Below are positions 60,054 through 64,000 of a stretch of DNA of 64,000 nt, piece by piece. The notes under the pieces are model-generated. The model ran no database searches and was not told where the DNA came from. It worked only from the letters and a program-made list of their open reading frames with translations. How positions within the stretch are numbered: position 1 is the first letter of the stretch; the number at the start of each line of letters is the position of its first letter. The stretch spans positions 161,163-225,162 of the forward strand of contig JALSQF010000010.1 in NCBI GenBank assembly GCA_026985555.1. Direction: 5' to 3'. A program made the translations under genes and the position numbers. This stretch comes from Candidatus Moraniibacteriota bacterium. GTDB lineage: Bacteria; Patescibacteriota; Minisyncoccia; Moranbacterales; UBA9337.

Positions 60054-61352
60054 ATGAAAATGAAAAAAATAATGAAAAAAGAAAAAGTAGCCGTTATTGG
60101 CTTAGGTTATGTGGGGTTACCTTTAGCTGTTCAAGCTTCCTTAAAAGGATATGAAGTTTATGGATTAGATAATGACAAACAGAAAATAAAGAAAATTAAA
60201 AAAAATCAATCACCTATTCAAGAAAAATTTTTAATTAAAAATATTCATCAAGCTAAAATTAAAGCTACCTGTAGATCTAGTGTTTTAAAAAAAGCAGACA
60301 TTATTTTAATTTGCGTTCCTACTCCTGTAGATAAAAATTTTTATCCTGATTTAAAACCCGTCAGAAAAGCAGTAGAAACTATTACTCATCATCTTAATTC
60401 AAAAAATAAACCATTAATAGTTATAGAATCTACTATTAATCCCGGCGTTTCAGAAGAAGTAGTAGAACCAATTTTTAGAGAAGCTGGTTATAAAGTAGGT
60501 CGGGATTATGAATTATCTCATTGTCCAGAACGTATTAATCCAGGAGATAGCCGCTGGAATGTAACTAATATCAACCGTGTAGTTGGATCTTTTACTAAAA
60601 GAGGTTTACAAAAAACTCTTAATTTCTATAAAGATATTATTGACGCAGAAATTTATCCCATGAAATCTATTCGTGAAGCAGAAGCTGTTAAAATTATTGA
60701 AAATTCTTTTCGTGATATTAATATTGCCTTTGTTAATGAGTTAGCTAAATCATTTGACAAATTAAATATTGATATAGTTGATGTTATTCAAGGCGCTTCT
60801 ACTAAACCCTTTGCTTTTATGCCCCATTGGCCTAGTTGTGGAGTAGGTGGACATTGTATACCTGTAGATCCTTATTACTTAATTGAACGCGCCAAACAAG
60901 CTGGTTTTAATCATAAATTTCTAAAAACAGCTAGAGAAATTAATAATTCTATGCCCGAATATACCGTGGAATTAATGCAAAATTCTCTGAATGAAATTAA
61001 AAAACCTTTAAATGGAACTAAAATTGGAATCTTGGGATTATCTTATAAAGCCAATGTGGATGATTTAAGAGAAACTCCTGCCTTTAAAATTATTGACTTA
61101 CTTAAAAAACAAAAAGCAAAGGTGTTAACTTTTGATCCTTATTTTCCTCAACTATCCGACGTTAAAAACCTCAAAGAACTTTTGCGTAAATCAGAGGCTA
61201 TTCTTTTGGTAACGGATCATAAAGAATTTAAATCAATAGAAGCAAAAGATTTTCAACGTTATAAAATCAAGGTTATTATTGATGGAAAAAATTGTTTAAA
61301 TAAGGAAGAAATAAAAAGAAAAAAAATTATTTATAAAGGTATTGGGCATTAG
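60054..61352 (+). CDS. UDP-N-acetyl-hexosamine 6-dehydrogenase family protein
   Basis: GLGYVGLPLA, CVPTP, PERINPG, GVGGHCIPVDP, YKANVDDLRE. Confidence 0.92.
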   Translation: MKMKKIMKKEKVAVIGLGYVGLPLAVQASLKGYEVYGLDNDKQKIKKIKKNQSPIQEKFLIKNIHQAKIKATCRSSVLKKADIILICVPTPVDKNFYPDLKPVRKAVETITHHLNSKNKPLIVIESTINPGVSEEVVEPIFREAGYKVGRDYELSHCPERINPGDSRWNVTNINRVVGSFTKRGLQKTLNFYKDIIDAEIYPMKSIREAEAVKIIENSFRDINIAFVNELAKSFDKLNIDIVDVIQGASTKPFAFMPHWPSCGVGGHCIPVDPYYLIERAKQAGFNHKFLKTAREINNSMPEYTVELMQNSLNEIKKPLNGTKIGILGLSYKANVDDLRETPAFKIIDLLKKQKAKVLTFDPYFPQLSDVKNLKELLRKSEAILLVTDHKEFKSIEAKDFQRYKIKVIIDGKNCLNKEEIKRKKIIYKGIGH

Positions 61353-61381
61353 TGTTTTAATTTCGTTTTAAATAAAAACCT

Positions 61382-61615
61382 ATGTTTAAATTAATAAAAC
61401 TAATTATTTGGCTAACAGGCATATTGACCCTTGCATGGTTTTTGCTTCATTTTCTAGGTTATAAAATAAATTATCAATATTTTCATTATTCTAAAAAAGC
61501 TTGTGAAAAAAAATTAAATCAATGCGAAAGACATTTAATTTACAACGGCATAAAACAACTTCAGTGCAATATAAAATGTGTCAATCCTAAATTATTTATT
61601 AAAAGAGAAAAATAA
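61382..61615 (+). CDS. Small membrane-anchored Cys-containing protein
   Basis: N-terminal TM, four Cys. Confidence 0.55.
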   Translation: MFKLIKLIIWLTGILTLAWFLLHFLGYKINYQYFHYSKKACEKKLNQCERHLIYNGIKQLQCNIKCVNPKLFIKREK

Positions 61616-61686
61616 GAAAGTTTCAAAGTTTTATTAACAACTTTAGAAAAATTGATGGTTTAGATTAGAATATATTTTTACATATT

Positions 61687-63078
61687 TTAATCACTAAATT
61701 CTTTTTGAAAAAAATCATCTAATTGATCTATAGATATTCTTTCTTGTTGCATTGTATCACGATCACGAAGAGTAACAGTATCGTTTTTTAAGGTATCAAA
61801 ATCAACTGTAACACAATAGGGTGTTCCAATCTCATCTTGCCTTCTGTATCTTTTTCCAATATTACCATTATCATCAAATTCACACATAAACTTAGACTTT
61901 AACTTATTGTAGATTGCACGCGCCTTTTGAACTAATTCTGGTTTATTTTTTAAAAGAGGGAAAATAGCTATTTTAATAGGAGCTAATGACTTAGAAAATT
62001 TTACTACCAATCTTTTTTTTCCATCTCCTAAATCTTCTTCCTTAAAAGCATCTGTAATGACCGCCAAAAATGTTCTATCCACTCCTACAGATGTCTCTAT
62101 AACATGAGGAATATATTTTTCGTTCTTTTGAGGATCATAATAAGATAAATCTTTACCTGAAAATTGGCTATGTTGTTTTAAATCATAATCAGTTCTATAA
62201 TGAATACCTTCTAATTCTTTAAAACCAAAAGGAAAATTATATTCAATATCCCAAGCTTCTTGAGCATAAAAAACTAGATTTTCATGTTGATGCCATTTTA
62301 AGTTTTTTTCCTGAATACCTAAATCTAAATAATATTGCCAACGTTTTTCTCTCCATTTTTTATAATTTTTTTTAGCCATTTCAGAATGAATAAAATATTG
62401 CATTTCCATTTGTTCAAATTCTCTTTTCCGAAAAATAAATTGTCTGGCAGTTATTTCATTACGAAAAGCTTTTCCAATTTGAGCAATACCAAAAGGAATT
62501 TTTTGCCGAGTGCTATCTAAAACATTTTTAAAATTAATATAAATTCCTTGGCAAGTTTCTCCCCTAAGATAAACAGAATCTTTTTCCCATTCTCCTGTAA
62601 AATTGCCTAAATTAGACTTAACTAAAAGGTTAAATTTCTTTACTTTTGAGAAGTTTCCTTTATTTCCACATTTTGGACATTTAATCTTATCCTTATTTTC
62701 ATCAAGTAGTTGATTAATTTCTTCCTCTGTCATTTTTTCATCAGCAAATATACCTGCATCCTCCAAAAGATGATCTGCCCTTATACGTGTATGGCATTGT
62801 TTGCATTCAGCCAGTGGATCACTAAAACCATCTACATGACCAGAGGCTTCCCAAACTTTAGGATGCATAAAAATGGAAGTATCTAATCCGACAATATTTT
62901 CATTTTCTTGCACCATTCTTTTCCACCAATTTTTTTTAATATTATTGGCTAATTCCACCCCATAGGGACCATAATCATAAACTGCGCTAAAACCTCCATA
63001 AATTTCACTAGAAGGAAAAACAAAACCCCTTCTTTTTGACCAACTAACAATTTTTTTCATCAGATCTTCATTATTCAT
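61687..63078 (-). CDS. glyQS: Glycine-tRNA ligase (homodimeric type)
   Basis: KRRGFVFPSSEIYGG, YLRGETCQG, FRNEIT, REFEQME, IGKRYRRQDEIGTP. Confidence 0.97.
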   Translation of the reverse strand: MNNEDLMKKIVSWSKRRGFVFPSSEIYGGFSAVYDYGPYGVELANNIKKNWWKRMVQENENIVGLDTSIFMHPKVWEASGHVDGFSDPLAECKQCHTRIRADHLLEDAGIFADEKMTEEEINQLLDENKDKIKCPKCGNKGNFSKVKKFNLLVKSNLGNFTGEWEKDSVYLRGETCQGIYINFKNVLDSTRQKIPFGIAQIGKAFRNEITARQFIFRKREFEQMEMQYFIHSEMAKKNYKKWREKRWQYYLDLGIQEKNLKWHQHENLVFYAQEAWDIEYNFPFGFKELEGIHYRTDYDLKQHSQFSGKDLSYYDPQKNEKYIPHVIETSVGVDRTFLAVITDAFKEEDLGDGKKRLVVKFSKSLAPIKIAIFPLLKNKPELVQKARAIYNKLKSKFMCEFDDNGNIGKRYRRQDEIGTPYCVTVDFDTLKNDTVTLRDRDTMQQERISIDQLDDFFQKEFSD

Positions 63079-63144
63079 ATTTCAAATAAATATAATTTAA
63101 TTATTTTTTATTAAAAATTAGATTTTATAGATTACTTTTTGTTT

Positions 63145-63861
63145 TCAGTTAAAAAATTTTTTTACTTTTTCTTTGTCAATATATTTATCATCTAATTTTT
63201 TTAATTCTGCTTCTAAATTATCAGCTTTAATTCTTCCTTCTTGCCATTCATTAAAAAACTTGAAATAAATTAATTTAGTTGCACCTCTAGGATATTCTTT
63301 AAAATAATCAGAAAAGTTTTCTAAAAAGCCATGCTGTCGTGTTACTTCATCTATTAATTGTTTTTCGTTATCACAAATAGTTTGAATATAATAAGACATT
63401 TTTTCTAAAGAATTATTTAATTTGTTCAGATAACTTTTTAAATTTTCTAAAATTTTATTTCTCTTTTCTTTATACTCATCTCTTTGTTTTTTTCCTTCTA
63501 AATAATACTCTCTTACATTTTGACGTAATTTTTTAATTTGACTCATCACCAAACCTAGTTCCATCATGGTAGAATTACCTACAATATCTACTAAACTATT
63601 ATTTTCTATCAAATCTAATTCTTCCTTACTTACTAAAATATTTACCTTTTCTGCTAAATTTATTAAATCATTTTCTACAATATTTTCTATAGTTACATAA
63701 TCATATCCTTGTTTTTTTATAATTCCTCTAGATATTTCTGTTTGATTTAAAAAATTTATATAAGCTTGCACTTTATCTAAAATATCATCTTTAATTTTTT
63801 CCCTTTTCTCTTTTTTACTTTCTTGATAAGAATAATTTATTTTTTCTAAAGAATTATTCAT
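63145..63861 (-). CDS. Hypothetical helical protein
   Basis: 238-aa ORF with no recognised motif. Confidence 0.6.
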   Translation of the reverse strand: MNNSLEKINYSYQESKKEKREKIKDDILDKVQAYINFLNQTEISRGIIKKQGYDYVTIENIVENDLINLAEKVNILVSKEELDLIENNSLVDIVGNSTMMELGLVMSQIKKLRQNVREYYLEGKKQRDEYKEKRNKILENLKSYLNKLNNSLEKMSYYIQTICDNEKQLIDEVTRQHGFLENFSDYFKEYPRGATKLIYFKFFNEWQEGRIKADNLEAELKKLDDKYIDKEKVKKFFN

Positions 63862-64000
63862 TGTTATTTATTTTTACTTCATCTTTATAATATAATTAGT
63901 ATCAAATATTTATCTAAAATAAGTATATCATCTCAAATTAAAAAAGAAATAGTTATAATAAAAATTTAGCTTCATCAGATACAAAAACACAATTTTTATA

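Noticed and set aside
1..64000. Alternative genetic code (UGA as Gly or Trp)
   Set aside because: Long core genes translate fully in code 11, use TGG for Trp, and TGA ends genes (for example at 43296 and 63145).

Overview
Very AT-rich bacterial chromosome segment using genetic code 11. Gene content and order suggest Patescibacteria/CPR (Parcubacteria, possibly Moranbacteria-like); this is an inference. The backbone has rpoB (5' part), rplA-rplK-nusG-secE, a short dcw cluster, khpA, dnaX, smpB-tmRNA-infC-rpmI-rplT, rpmA, pyrG, rplI, lepA, thiI, glyQS, cell-envelope genes and nine tRNAs. Accessory features of most interest: (1) a tyrosine recombinase lacking the IntI insertion, next to integron-like GTTAGGC/GCCTAAT sites and an inverted-repeat-bounded mini-cassette; (2) a phage polyvalent-protein fragment, carrying a nested promoter and an out-of-frame 55-aa ORF, embedded in a broken HEPN-like gene; (3) a cohesin gene next to a decayed dockerin-tagged gene; (4) recurring orphan modules with a boxA-like GTTCTTT, AGGAGG and a terminator, in a window whose housekeeping genes mostly lack Shine-Dalgarno sites; (5) a TPR-like repeat gene flanked by a 135-bp direct repeat made of its own ends; (6) a divergent RtcB paired with a P-loop kinase. 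Product calls come from motif recognition by eye; no searches were run.
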